NCBI RefSeq assembly: GCF_964204645.1
Contig: NC_134028.1
Span: forward strand, 13,315,263-13,379,262
Length of the DNA stretch: 64,000 nt
Direction of reading: 5' to 3'
Source: Tubulanus polymorphus
Taxonomy: Eukaryota; Animalia; Nemertea
Every line of letters begins with the position of its first letter. Position 1 is the stretch's first letter. Positions 35,176 to 49,184 of the stretch are shown in pieces. The notes under the pieces are model-generated. The model had not been told where the DNA came from, made no database searches, and was given only the letters and a program-made list of their open reading frames with translations. A program made the position numbers and the translations under genes.

Positions 35176-37278
35176 ATAGTTTATCTGTGTTTTGAGTGGC
35201 ATTATGAGTTTTCCGGTTTACTCAGCTACCCGTACTGGCGGGGTAGTCTAGATAGGCAAATGAAAGCTCCGGTTTGCTGAACTACCCCTTTTTGCAGGGA
35301 TGCGGTATGATGTTTGATCTGACAGTTTCAAGTGGTTAATGGGTGTTTCAAGTGCTTACAACGATGCTTATTACTTCATTTGGTACAAAAAAGATGTCAT
35401 AATACCAGTAGGCCTACGCTAGGCCTACCGCTAGGGCTTCGTAGAAAGACCACTGCCTGTGGCCTTCCCAAATTTGAATTTGAATTTCCTGATCGATTTG
35501 ATTTCGTCCAATTGAGACCGAGACGGCCTTTTCCAGTTATGACATTTTTGGATCACATCACTGGAAATGACTTACGCTTTTGGGCCACTTTTTCGGTTCC
35601 ACATGTTTCATTTGAGCTATGCACCATAATGGTGACACCATAATTGTCAGTAACTGACCAATTGAGATATCCCCGAGTCTGAACACTTGAACACACGAAT
35701 TTCGGAAATTTTTCAAGTCATGTTTGTTTTCAAACTACTAATGAATCATCATTGCAAATTCATCACTGACCATCACTGATCACCGAAATACCGCGTTATG
35801 GTGTCAAACTAGAAAGGATTCGCCATCGAAAATTCATAAATTGACCATCACTGACCACCACTGACCAATTTAAACTTCTCGAATATCGTTACCGAATTCG
35901 AAAAGTGCTTGACGTCGTATTGCTATTTCTAGAGACCAGCAGTATGTCTTGCTACTGTTTGTGAATGGCGTTGACGATGGAAATATATTACCCATAAATA
36001 GGTTACACATCTGGATCACAGCACCTCAATTGCCGCAGTGCGTTATTTTCACTGCATAGTAATGCTAATACATAAACTTTTTTACTACTTGACTCGAAGC
36101 TTGACTAAAATCATCTGAACAGTACTGCGTTTGAAAACTCAACGAATAGAAAATGTTTGTGGGAAGCGCCTACAAATAAGTTATGATAAGATTAATTAAT
36201 CGATGCTTAAAAAACAATTAAAGTGGTCCAGTGGTCACCAAGGCATTAAAAATGTTTTGAAAATTCAATGGTAACGATTTTTCCGCCTCTGTTTTGTTTA
36301 TATTTCAAGTTTTTTTACTCTTGTATAGAATTCTACGGAAGCGTCCCGGGGACATATCTATTAAAAAAAGAAATTCGAGGTTAATTCCGAGTTTGTAACT
36401 CGGAATCAACTAGTTGTCTCAGTTAAATCGGATTTTTGAGGTTAATTCCGAGTTTGCAACTCGGAATAAACTAGTTTAAAATCGCATTTAACTGAGAAAA
36501 CTAGTTTATTCCGTAACCCTATGAAAAGTGTTCATAGGAATTGAAATTTGGAGTGATATCAGCTATACAGCTGTAACCCTTTTTCATTGTATTTTTGGCA
36601 AGTAGATTAGTAAAAATATCAATAAAGTTCACTTATCATATCAAGTACCGTTTTTAATGTCGCATGCGAGCCCCCTATTTCACACAAATTGGACAACTTT
36701 TCGAAACAAAAAGATCTATCCAACTGCATATCTTCGGGTATAAAATGTGATATCCTTCAGTATATTATGAATATCTTTAAAAATTTGTGTTCTAGTGTAA
36801 TACCCGAAGGTTTAACTAATGGACACATAAAATATTCGCCATAATCAGAAATTTTTCTTCGAGAAACAAAGATCTTTAAAAGAACGATTGGCGTCAAACT
36901 AATCCACAATGGACTGTTGTGAATTTATTGAATAATCCACCTGATAAATTAAATGATTTCGAAGCGAAATTTATTCATATAAATCAAAAATGCATGAATA
37001 ACTTGACGTTATTTGCGGGTCTCATGAAACACTATCTAGCGCTCTTTTTAAATCTAAAATAGCAAAAAAAATGTGTGTTGCGTTATAAACAAGGTTAAAT
37101 TCCAAATATGAAATATGGAGCCTGTATCACACGATATACACATCTTGCATTTTCTATAACTAGGCCCTTTGCAAATGGCAATTGTTCAGTTTTTAACGGC
37201 CGACATTCGGAGGCACCTAAAAACCGGTGGTACAGTGTAACCGACGATCTGTGAAGGTAAACCCGGTTCTCCGCCATC

Positions 37279-37784
37279 TGTAACCGGCTGGTTGTTGTAG
37301 GCAGGCCGGCTGGGGAACTAGAATTTACACAAGCGGTACAGGATTCCATCCATCAGGAACAACAAGGCTTTTAAACCTTGTATGTACAATCTTTATTGCA
37401 TCCCGGAATGAGAATGATTATCATAACTATACATAGTCTTTATATACAGAATCATGAGTATAATGTGAGAACTAGGTGTCAGACAAGTTGTAGACATCAG
37501 GACTCAAAAACTAACACCTGGTGACATGTTTGAGAGACATAAATTAATTGATGATGAGCACTGACTAGAGCTAATTACTTTGAATACATATTGAGTAGTC
37601 TGCCATGTTGATTACGATAAAGCACATATTGATACTATATTCATAAGTTATATTACATTATTAATACTATAATTATTATTATTGAGCATTTCATGAAGTA
37701 AAAGATATGAAATATAATGAACCATTCGATATGACATTGTAGATATATATGATTATGAAATATGCTACTTATATCAGGGTGACA
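37279..37784. mobile_element. Solo-LTR-like repeat, copy 1 (~505 bp)
   Basis: TGTAACC...GGTGACA ends; diverged second copy at 57940-59110; no TSD recognisable. Confidence 0.55.
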
Positions 37785-38286
37785 GAAGCACTTGAGGTTT
37801 TCAGTGTAGGCCACATCTCACATTGACTCGGCTCGCGGTCGGTTGTTTGGGAACACATCTGGTTGATACTAGTTTAACAGTTGACGAATTCGGAAAACTT
37901 TTTTCAAATGTCTTTGATAACATTTTAAACATAGTATTCTTCTTAATTACATTTTGCTGATGCATAGATGTTTTTTTATTGAAAATTGTTCCACTTATAA
38001 CGGATTTAAACATAAAAATCTTATTTTCAAAATATTCAACCTTGTCCGATTTTGACGAAATTCTGACACTGTCATCTTTACTCGACACATGAAGTAATAG
38101 GGATAATAGGGATTCAGGCCAAAGGTCGAAAGGTCGAAAAATAAATTCTCGCACACTCGGATTTATTTTTCGACCTTTCAACCTTTGACCTGAACCCCTA
38201 TTATCCCTATTACTCTCAAAATATTCATATACATGAATATGAATAACTTCTAAAATCAATTTTAGTAAAAAAAATTTGATATTAAA

Positions 38287-41200
38287 ATGGAAGCAAATAA
38301 GAAGTACTACTGTCCAACATGTAAAATCAATATAGATAAATCTCAAAAAGCAAGACATAATAAAACTAAATCTCACTTAGAAAACAGATTAGACTTCGAA
38401 TATAAAGATGATATATTAGAAAATAAATTAGAGGAATTTGAAGGATGAAAAAGAGACATACAAATGTGATACATGTAATCAATCATTCAGTAACAAAAGA
38501 TATTATAAAGAACATTTAAAATCTAAAAGTCATATTAGAAATATCAATAATGATATTGTAGGTGAAGATTATTTTGATTTAGATAATGATAGGAAACAGA
38601 GAACAATTAAAAGAATAAAAAATAAAATAAACAATAAAAGACCATACATGGAAGATGTTAGAAATTATATTAATTCATTAGATAATAAAAATGAAGTAGA
38701 AATAACTGAAGCATTTAAAACTGATATTGGGCCAGCTGCTATCGAGTTTGAATTTCATAAAAGTAAAACATAAGAATAAAATAAAAAACATTTAGAAAAT
38801 ATGAAAAATATTATAAAAATAATTACTGATGTTGAATATCCTTAAATTAGTATATCCGCTTAAGTTAAATTTATAAAATCTGAAGATAAACCAATATATA
38901 ATATAAATTCTCATTCACAACATATCATTTCAAAACAACATATAGATGATAAATTAGATAAATGTTATAATGAAATAAAAACTAAAATAGAAGAGAAATA
39001 TTTTGAAGGATCTGGTTTAATATTTGATGAAATAATATTTATGACTTTACATGTTTATAACACAAAATATAATAAGTTAACTAAATCAAAACCAATAGAT
39101 GAAAATAATTTATCATATTATAAAGATGATAATATAAATGGATCAAGTTATATCAAATTACCATTTAAAACTAATGCTGTTATAAATGTACAAAATGAAG
39201 ATGATAAATGTTTTCTATGGTCAATAATTAGTTGCTTACATCCAGTTAAAGATAATAATCAACATACTTATAGATTAACAAATTATAAACAATTTGAAAA
39301 TAATTATAAGATAGATAATTATCCTGTTAGAATTAAAAATATCCCAAAAATAGAAAGAGATAATAATCTAAAGATAAATGTATTCGATTTAATCAAATTA
39401 CCAAAAAACAAAAGGCAATAAAATTGAACATTTTACATTAGAGCCTTTATATTTATCAAAAGATTATGATTCAAATGGTGTTATAGATATATTATATTAT
39501 GAAAATCATTATATGTGGATAAAACAAATCGATTTATTTTTTAGAACAGAAAATAATCACAATAAGATATATCTATGTAGAAAATGTTTACATAGATTCA
39601 GTAATGAAAGTGCATAATTGAATCATAAACAATTATGTGATAATCATGATTATTGTAAATTAGTTTTATCAAATGAAAAGGGTAAAATATTAGAATTTAA
39701 AAAATTTGTTATATATGGAGATTTTGAATCATTCAATAAAGAATTAACTGATCAAGATAGAAAAGAAATATATTATAAAAGAAAGAAATTAAATTCTAAT
39801 GAAAATGATGTAACTGATTATCCAGATCCTCAAATAACAAATACTATTAAAAAGATTCATCAATCAGCAGCAGCTTTTGCACAACCTTATGGAATATTTG
39901 AAATAACTGAAGTTTTAGAACATGAAAATAAAGATAAATTTGATTGGAAGAAAAGAATTCTAGATATTGCAGATGATTCAGATACTGGTTAATTTTTAGT
40001 TGTAGATTTAGAATATCCTGAATATATTGAATTTAAATCTAGAAATCTAGCATACTGCCCAGAACATAAAACTGTAACACATGAAGAATTGTCAAATTAC
40101 CAAAAAAGAATTAAACCTGAAAATCGTATTCATACAGAAAAGTTAATGGTAACTCAGGAAGATAAATATAATTATGTAGTACATTATAGAATTTTAAAAT
40201 TCTATTTGAATCAAGGAATGATTCTGAAACAAGAGCCCCAAGGGGCACAATGGCCAGCCTGTCAGATTTACGTTTTATAAATGATGTTATCTGTGGGTTA
40301 TATTTATCAATATACACTCCCTGCTCAATGTCATTTACATAGTACAATCGTGTGTTAACACAGACAGCAGGAGCGAATGTAATATAGAAATACTAAGTTA
40401 TTGTATTGTTCAACGCCCCTGGTGGCCATATACAAAAACCAATGAGCTCGAAACTCACCAAGATCATACACCATGTCATGAGCTACAACTTTCCAATTGA
40501 TTGTGGTAGCAAAATATGCATAGGTACGAATGTAATATAGAAATACTAAGTTATTGTATTGTTCAACGCCCCCTGGTGGCCATAAACAAAAACCAATGAG
40601 CTTGAAACTCACCTCAATCATAGAACATGTTATGAGCTACAACTTTCCAATTAATTATGGTAGCAAAATATGCTTAAGTATCAATATGATGTGGCAAAAC
40701 TTTTTTTCCACATACGAATGAGTACTGATGACCCCAAGATGGCCGCCAATTGCGTCATAATTGCCTGGTCAAAAATACCCCCTCGGATATAAAAGATCCC
40801 GTTCCAAAGAATACCCATTACAAATTGCAATGAAAAATGGCACACCATTAGAAAGCTACAGGACTCAGAATTCAGGCCAAAATTAACCTTTTTAGGGAAC
40901 AAAAAAGGTCACAGGACGGCCATCTTGAGTCCGATCGACCCAATTTGTCTCATGCCGATGGGCCCTTGGGGGATTCAAATATATACGAATGATCAAGGTT
41001 ATTGATAAAAGTGTCTTCAAAATTTCCCTCGAAAACTTCTAAAATGTGTAAAAAGTGCTGATTTTGGCGAACAACAATGGCTGCCAGTCGGCCATCTTGA
41101 ATCTGACAGGGCCAGTTTATGGCCTGAAGATGTGTCTAGGGTAGATACACGTATAAACCAAATATCAAGAAATTACCTTGAAGCGTCTTCAAAAATGTGG

Positions 41201-42460
41201 AACTCTCACGAACTATCTAGATGGTTATCTCTCGACTCAATAGCTTAAAGACCCATCTCAAAACAACTTTGTTCCATGCAGCATACCATTAACTCTCGGA
41301 AAGCGAATTGGATTTAACATTTTTTTTGGCAGAATAAAATTTGATTAATTTGCAATTCGAGCACATGGCTAATTAGCATATCAAGTTCATACACTCGATT
41401 TGGGAGAAGCAATTTTTTGCGAACCTTGCGCAATTGTCAAGGATGAATTTTCTGTAGAGCAAATAAAAATTCCTCCCAAACACCAAATCAACTAAAGATT
41501 TCATAAAAATCGATCTTGAAATACGATTTTAAATCTTAAAATAAAACCCGGAAGTAAAACAATAGACGATACCGCGGGTTCACGTGAACACCTGATTTCT
41601 GTAAACGAAATGTTGGTTGAGACAAAATTGTTCAGACGGTTTTAGGTGGTAATTAGTACGGAAACGTAACGACCGTGGTCGACTTATTCGATGAAATCAG
41701 GCCTATGTGATATCCAAATTTTGACTTTAAAAAAAAATTTTGGTAGTACGAATAGTGCAATCACAGCGCCGACGGCGACAGAGCCGTGTCAGAGATCGGC
41801 GGAGTGAAAATTGCGGAGGTGGACGAACACGAAGAAGTAGGCTATTGAGCTACTTGAATCGCGAAAACTCCTGGCGCGGCCCCGACGCTTTTCGTTGATT
41901 AAGTAATACAAATATCAAGCAATGGGTTTTCACTATCTACCGCCGGTGTTTACCGGATTTCAATATCACTCCAAAATTCAAAGAAACCTCGAAATATCGA
42001 ACCGCAACACTTTCGGTAGATATCAAAATTCTGCTCGCTACGATTCCGAGAATGGATTACGCTTAAATACGTGATTTGTTCGAATATGCCCTCACTTGGC
42101 AAGCAAAAGAGCCTTTTGTGTGGAAACCATGTCATTTAAATTCGCTCCATTTGTATAGTAATAGGCTCAGCCTACGGCTGGCCTAAAAAGTACATATATA
42201 TATTTCATTCAGTCAATCTAAATGGTTAGAAAAATATATAGATTTTAACACCAAACAGAGAACTAAAGCTAAAACTGATTTCGAGAAAGATTTTCTCAAA
42301 CTAATGAATAATGCATTCTATGGTAAGACTTGTGAAAATATCATTTTGGAGAAAAGCATATAGAAATCTTATATTTTGATACCGACAGTTACGTATTAAA
42401 GATAAAAACTAATAATATAACAGATGATTTAGAAACATTAAAACATCATTTTGATTTCAG
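38287..42460 (+). pseudogene. polB: pPolB remnant with large internal deletions and a Helentron insertion
   Basis: ORFs 38438, 39041, 39618, 40089; VIYGDFES; junction QSAAAF|AQPYG skips >1 kb; MILK|KVH split by the insert; KLMNNAFYGKTCEN and YFDTDS at 42300-42390. Confidence 0.9.
40229..42189 (-). mobile_element. Helentron family A, copy 2
   Basis: Same termini as 11546-13762; internal ~150-bp duplication (40375/40527) and a deletion near 42022. Confidence 0.85.
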
Positions 42461-42461
42461 T

Positions 42462-42820
42462 AACTAAATTGCTAGGAATTGCACCAGATACTGTTACAGG
42501 AAACATAGACGGTAATTCAAATATAATGCCTTTTACACACTTTTATATTTATTGCAATTTAATTGATCCTACAAAGACATTTGAAGCAACTAAAGATACA
42601 ATTTGTAATTCTAGTATATTAAATATTTTACCATTAAAAAATGTTAAACAATTTGGAACACAAATAAATTTAGCTAAATGATTTAGCTGAGAGTGATTTC
42701 AAACCATGCATTCCACATTTTAATAATTTTAGATTAGAAATAAGAAATCATCATGGTTACTTAATTGATTTAAATAATTTCCCTGTAATTTATGAATTAC
42801 TTATAAGATGTAAAGAGTAA
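42462..42820 (+). pseudogene. Minor capsid protein, C-terminal half
   Basis: KLLGI...HFYIYCNLIDPTKTFEATKD; matches 23607-23955. Confidence 0.8.
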
Positions 42821-42835
42821 TTTTTCACTATATAA

Positions 42836-43216
42836 ATGAATTTAACTGTTGGACCGAGTATATGTTATGGATTTGATTTTAAACGTGAGAAAGAAATGAA
42901 ATTCAACATTAATGATGTAATAAATCATATCAAAAATATTACATTTTTTTATGAAACAACATTTGATCATGAAACAAAAATAAATAAAGAAACTTTTAAT
43001 GTAGAAAAGATTACTGATTTAATTAGAGAGTCTTTAAGATTTTATGAATTAGATGAAGATTTTATTATTGATGATATTAGAAAAATTATAACTGAAATAT
43101 ATGAAAATCATAAAAGTAGTAATGAAATAAATGTTGAAATAATTATAACTAAGTTAACTAAATATTTTGAGATAGTAATTTTTTTTCTAAATAAATGGCG
43201 GATCAGAAGTGGATAA
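42836..43216 (+). CDS. Hypothetical protein, homologue of 23250-23589
   Basis: MNLTVGPSICYGFDFK...; TAAATG start. Confidence 0.75.
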   Translation: MNLTVGPSICYGFDFKREKEMKFNINDVINHIKNITFFYETTFDHETKINKETFNVEKITDLIRESLRFYELDEDFIIDDIRKIITEIYENHKSSNEINVEIIITKLTKYFEIVIFFLNKWRIRSG

Positions 43217-44302
43217 TAAATGGGTTATATAATGGAGCATTATTATCAGTTGGAACTGTTGGTTATTCAATGGTATTAAAAAAAGTATTTAAAATGGGGA
43301 AGTATTAATGTTGATAAATTTGATATCAATGATATTTTGAAATTAACATCAACGGTAAATTTATCTAGTTTAACAATTAATTATTTAGAAAAACAAAAAT
43401 ATATTCCTCCTATATAAATGCAAAATTTTTTACTAAATAAATGGCATCTGCAATTATAACTATTATAGGGTCGGCCGGCAATTGTTAACGCTTTAGCATT
43501 TACTGGTGGTGGGTAATTATTTAAACATATTGATAAAAATAGTTCATTAGCAGAACAAAGAAGACATAACTTAGCATTAGAGAAATATAATAAAGCAGCG
43601 GAAGAATATAGAGAAAAGAGACAAGACTATATGGATTATATTAATAAAGAATTATATAATCAGAAAATTACACATAGAGATTTTCAATCAGTGGAAGAAG
43701 CTAGGAGTTTATATAACCCAGTTACAAATCGTGAAAAATTACATTTATATAAACCTAAATTATCAGATTATTATACTCCAAGCAGTGAACAACAGAAATA
43801 TGAAATATGAAATAATTAGGATTTTAGGTGCTTATAAATTTACTAATTAGTAATTTCTTTTCTAAATAAATGGATAATAAAATTGATAATGTTGATATTA
43901 TTCCATGATATAAATAAAACTAAATTAAAATCATATTTGGAAAAACAAATATTAGAATTTGAAAATGATTTAAAAATCAAAAAGAAAAAATATTTAAAAA
44001 GTAAAATCATATATTATTTTATAATTAGTAGTTCAGTTAGAATTAGTTCTGTAATAACATTTTTAGCATTATTCTCACCATTAACACCTTTAGCTATCTC
44101 AATTGGAGCTTTAGGTTTAAGTTCAAGTGTATTAACCGGCATAAGTTCAAAATTAAATATAAAAAGTTATAAAGAAAATATAAAATCTAATATAAATGAA
44201 ATTAATAAATTAAAAAATACATTAGATTATATAATAAGTTTAAATTGTAATATAACAGTTGAAGAACAAGATAAATTATCAAAAGAATTAATAAATTATT
44301 AA
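43195..44302 (+). pseudogene. Three frameshifted small membrane-protein genes (starts 43195, 43441, 43870)
   Basis: Colinear homologues of the genes starting at 23247, 23001 and 22557, each with TAAATG. Confidence 0.8.
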
Positions 44303-44322
44303 TTTTTTTAATATATAAATAA

Positions 44323-45648
44323 ATGGTAGATAGTTTTCCAAAAGGTTTTCAATATAATAAATCAATTAAATATAATATTCCAGCAATAGATTTTAATAAA
44401 GATATTTCATATAGAAATGAAGTTTTTGAATTCATTAATTAATTTTATGTTACTGAAAGTAATAATTTTAATGCAAAGATGGAAAATATATTTCATGTAT
44501 ATTTGATCGATTTAAAAAAATTGAAAGATGAAAAACAATGGTTATTAAAATCTAACATGAAGTATTGGCAGAACCAATTAAATTTTGCAGTTTATTGTGC
44601 ATCAACAGGGTGTGGTATAAGTTGGAATGATCATTTAAATACGTTTATATAAAAGTTTACCATTAATATTATCACTTTTTAGATTTCATACATATTTTCA
44701 AAAAAATTAATATTAAATGAATTAGAGTGCCCTTTACCAGGTTCAAAATATTTTAATGAACCAAATAATAATATTAATTTTTTTAAGTTTTATAAAATAT
44801 GTAATGAATTTAATATTAATTCAAATAATGATTTTAGAGCAAAAATTGGTACAATGGGTGGATTAGGAATATTATATACTAAAGAATTTGGAAAAATAAT
44901 GACAAATACAGATATAAGAACACTAAAATGGAATGAATTACCAAAATATTATAATAATATACAACAACAAAATGATAATGGATGGATTAATTTTATTTTA
45001 GAATATAGTGAAGGTTTTACTAAAGCTGGAATACAGAGAATAAATCAATCTATTAGAACTTATTTCATATGTATTCTAGGTGCACAAGTTGAAACAAGGT
45101 CACCAATAGTTGGAAATGATAACACTTCATTTGATGCGCAGAAAAAATTTAAAGTTTTATTTGAAGATTCCATTCATAATGATAAAAATAGATCAATTCC
45201 AGAAAATATAGTAAGATATCAAAATTATTTAGATAAATCACATGTAAGATTAAACTATTGAACAGGCCCTAATCTATTAATTATTTCTGATGATCTAATA
45301 TTAAAGATGGGAAATATAATTGGTTATAATAATTTAATTAAGACTGCAACAATAAATAATAAGTTTGGATTAAATGATATAAATAAAAAGATTATTACTG
45401 CTCCAAAACTAATGGAAGGTGAAAAAATTAAAAAACATATTCAATCAACTGAAACTAAAACTAAGAATATTAAATTGGATATTGATTCAAAAATAAAATA
45501 TTACAAAACTACAGAAAATATAAAAACTGATATTATTCAACATGAAATAATTAAAAGTAATAATGATAATAAATCCCATGAAAATACCAAATTAGCTATA
45601 ACTTGTATAGGAATTGTAATTGGAGGAATATTATATTTTAGATTTTAA
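44323..45648 (+). pseudogene. Homologue of the 433-aa membrane-anchored protein (disrupted)
   Basis: ORFs 44854 and 45307 are near-identical to the C-terminal half of 20805..22106. Confidence 0.88.
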
Positions 45649-45855
45649 TTTTTTTATTATATAAATGGAAGAAGATATTCAAATGGATACTTTTGGTGAC
45701 ACCCCTGGTATAAGTGATGAACCACAACCTGATTTTAATGAAACTAATATTGATAATGATGATGGATTAGCATATAATACTAATTTAGGTGAAGATGATT
45801 CTAGTGAGCCTATATTATATGATTATGATGAATTTAAAGATGATACTGAAAGTGA

Positions 45856-46570
45856 AAAATTTTATTTGAAGATTCCATTCATAATGATAAAAATAGATCA
45901 ATTCCAGAAAATATAGTTAGGTATCAAAATTATTTAGATAAATCACATGTAAGATTAAGATTAAATCATTGTATTGGACCTAATTTATTAATTATTTCTG
46001 ATGATTTAATATTAAAGATAATATAATATATAATAAGAAATATAATTGGTTATAATAATTTAATTAAGACTGCAACAATAAATAATTCATTTGGATTCAA
46101 TAAAAAGATAAATAAAAAGATTATTACTGCTCCAAAACTAATGGAAGGAAAAAAAATTAAAAAACATATTCAATCAACTGAAACTAAAACTAAGAATATC
46201 AAATTGGATAATGATTCTAAAATAAAAGATTACAATACATCAGAAAATATAAAAAGTGATATTATTCAGCATGAAATAATTAAAACTAATAATGATAATA
46301 AGTCACATGAAAATACTAAATTAGCTATAACTTGTATAGGAATTGTAATTGGAGGAATATTATATTTTAAATTTTAATTTTTTATTATATAAATGGAAGA
46401 AGATATTCCAATGGATACTTTTGGTGACAACCCCGGTAAAAGTGATGAACCCCAACCTGATTTTAATGAAACTAATATTGATAATGATGATGGATCAGCA
46501 TATAATAATAATTCAAATAATGATGAAGATGATTCTAGAGGGCCTATACTATATGATTATGATGAATTTA
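45856..46570 (+). repeat. Diverged direct duplication of ~45160-45855 (3' part of the 433-aa gene + acidic N-terminus of the next gene)
   Basis: ORFs 46141 and 46393 mirror 45307 and 45665 with many substitutions. Confidence 0.85.
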
Positions 46571-47392
46571 ATCCACATATAATGATTCACATATTATATT
46601 ATATCTATAACATCATTTGAATCATAATCTTTTGATCAGTATTCTTAAGGTTCTGTATAATGTTTAATATTATTACCTTTTGTTCTTGGTAATTTGACTA
46701 AATCAAATACATTTATCTTTATATTATTATCTCTTTCTATTTTTGGGATATTTTTTATTCTAACAGGATGATTATCTATCTTATAATTTTTTTCAAAAGG
46801 TTTATAATTTGATACTCTACAAATATTATCAGTTGCAGGATGTAAGCAACTAATTATTGACCATAGAAAACATTTATCATCTTCATTTTGTACATTTATA
46901 ACAGCTTTAGTTTTAAATGGTAATTTGATATAACTTGATCCATTAATATTATCATTGAATTTATATGTATTTCCTTTTAATCCTTCATATTCTAAGTGGA
47001 TAACTAATTTATCTCCATATTTGTTAGTAACTGAATCAATATTTGTAATTAAATATTTCTTATGAATTGTTAATTCTGTTAACTTCTTAAATTTATAATC
47101 TACAGATGTTACATTTGTAGTATCTTTTATTCTATCTAAAAATGATTTGTTGTTCTCACTGTGTACTTGTTTACTACTCTCCATTTTAATAACATATTTT
47201 TTATTAAAATTGACTTTAGAAGTTATTAGATTAATATTTTAAGAGTAATAGGGAATATGTTGTTTGTGAAGATTAAAGGTTGAGAGGTTGAGTAAAAAAT
47301 GAAAAAAAAATTGGTGTGCGAGAATTCATTTTTCATTTTTTACTCACTCGACCTCTCAACCTTTGATCTAGAACAACTTATTCCCTATTACT
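46571..47392 (-). mobile_element. Third Polinton remnant: terminal fold-back (47244-47392) and in-frame SSB::pPolB(OTU) fusion ORF 46645..47184
   Basis: MESSKQ...KGNTYKF joined to NDNINGSSYIKLP...DDKCFLW; ends ...CCCTATTACT. Confidence 0.85.
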
Positions 47393-48666
47393 TATTTCTC
47401 TTCTATTTTACTTTTTATTTCATTATAACATTTATCTAATTTATCATCTATATGCTGTTTAGATGTAATATGTTGTGAATGGGAATTTATATTATATATT
47501 GGTTTATCTTCAGATTTTAAAAATTTAACTTTAGAAGATATACTAATTTTAGGGTATTCAACATCTGTAATTATTCTGATAATATTTTTCATATTTTCTT
47601 AATGTCTTTTATTTTTTTCTAATGTTTTACCTTTATGAAATTTAAATTCAATTGCAGCTGGTCCAATATCACTTTTAAATGCTTCAGTTATTTCAATATC
47701 TTTTTTATTATCTAATGAATTAATATAATATCTAACATTTTCCATGTATGGTCTTTTATTGTTTAATTTATTTTTTATTCTTTTAATTGTCTTCTGTTTC
47801 TTATCATTATCTTTATCAAAATAATCTTCACCTAAAATATCATTATTCATATTTCTAATATGACTTTTAGATTTTAAATGTTGTTCATAATATCTTTTGT
47901 AACTGAATGATTCATTACATGTATAACATTTATATATTTCTTTTTCATTCTGTAATTCATCTAATTTAGTTTCTCATATATCATCGTTATATTCTAATTT
48001 CAATTTTTTCTCTAAGTGATATTTAGTTTTATTGTGTCTTGCTTTTTGAGATTTATCTATATTGATTTTACATGTCGGGCAGTAGTACTTATTTGCTGCC
48101 ATTTTAATATCAAATTTTTTATTAAAATTGATTTTAACTTATTCGAAATCTATTTCATGGTGCCCTTATTCATTCTTACCTGTATATATGAAATAGAAAT
48201 CACCAGAACATAATTCTTCTAAATCTTCACTTGATAATCTATGAAATCTATCTGGTAAATATGTTCTGAATTTATATTTATTTCCTTTTAATCCTTCATA
48301 TTCTAAGTGGATAACTAATTTATCTCCATATTTGTTAGTAACTGTATCAATATTTGTAATTAAATATTTCTTATGAATTGTTAATTCTGTTAACTTCTTA
48401 AATTTATAATCATCTTTAATTCTATTTAAGAATTCACTGTGTATTTGTTTACTCTCCATTTTAGTAACATATTTTCTATTAAAATTGATTTTAGAAGTTA
48501 TTAGATGAATATTTTAAGAGTGATAGGGAATATGTTGTTTCATATCAAAGGTTGAAGGGGCGAGTGAGTAAAAAATGAAAAATAAATTCGAGCGTGCGAG
48601 AATTTTTTTATTTTCTTGAGCTTGACCCTTCGACCTTTGGTATGAAACAACATATTCCCTATTACT
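47393..48666 (-). mobile_element. Fourth Polinton remnant: terminal fold-back (48519-48666), putative SSB gene (48166..48459), pPolB 5' part (ATG 48102)
   Basis: ORFs 47392 and 47599 match 28008-28669; pPolB is cut exactly by the terminus of the neighbouring remnant. Confidence 0.87.
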
Positions 48667-49184
48667 GACCTTTAACTTGATTCTTACACAACATTAGATA
48701 ATTCTATCATATTCAGCAATGAACTTCACTTACCTAAGAAGTCAAAATGGCGTGTACTCCTCATGCAATTCACAGGGACTTGACACAAAAGGATTTTGAC
48801 CCCATTATCCTAGGTACTATATAAAACTGGTTGTTTGGGGAATACCCCAGCTGCTGAGGGTATTCCCTGGTATCCCCTCAACAACCAATCAGAGCGCAGC
48901 TTTCTCACAATGACGTCACAAGCGCGATCACGGCCTACCCGGTTGAAGAGCGGTGATTAGCTGAAAGAGCCCAAGTGATCTCCGCAGAATGAAGGTATTA
49001 ATTTTTCGTATGGAACATATATTTGCGAAAGTGTACGGTACCAAAGATGAGTTTACGTGCACGGCATTTTGTGAACAAGCTATTTCTGAAAAGGTCTCCG
49101 TTGACATACAACAAAGTCAACTAGAGGTCCAGGGACACCATGCCCAACTGAAAAGTGGTTTCAAATGCTCAATCTAACAATTTC

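Larger units (their letters stand above)
38093..46570 (+). mobile_element. Second Polinton copy, deleted/rearranged: terminal fold-back (38093-38214), pPolB, mCP 3' half, small genes, 433-aa homologue, partial duplication
   Basis: Same gene order as 28669->20640 in opposite orientation; right end missing. Confidence 0.9.

Noticed and set aside
35089-35280. Poly-leucine signal-peptide-like ORF
   Set aside because: Translation of the (TTA)n microsatellite.
36378-36515. Short duplicated hairpin TTCCGAGTTTGYAACTCGGAA with inverted flanks
   Set aside because: Probably a MITE fragment; no ends or TSD definable.
37801-38376. 191-aa minus-strand ORF
   Set aside because: Runs across the Polinton terminus and is antisense to pPolB; no motifs.
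38093-48666. One intact second Polinton bounded by the outer hairpins
   Set aside because: Flanks ACATGA and GACCTT are not a TSD, hairpin subtypes differ, and an internal terminus lies at 47392.
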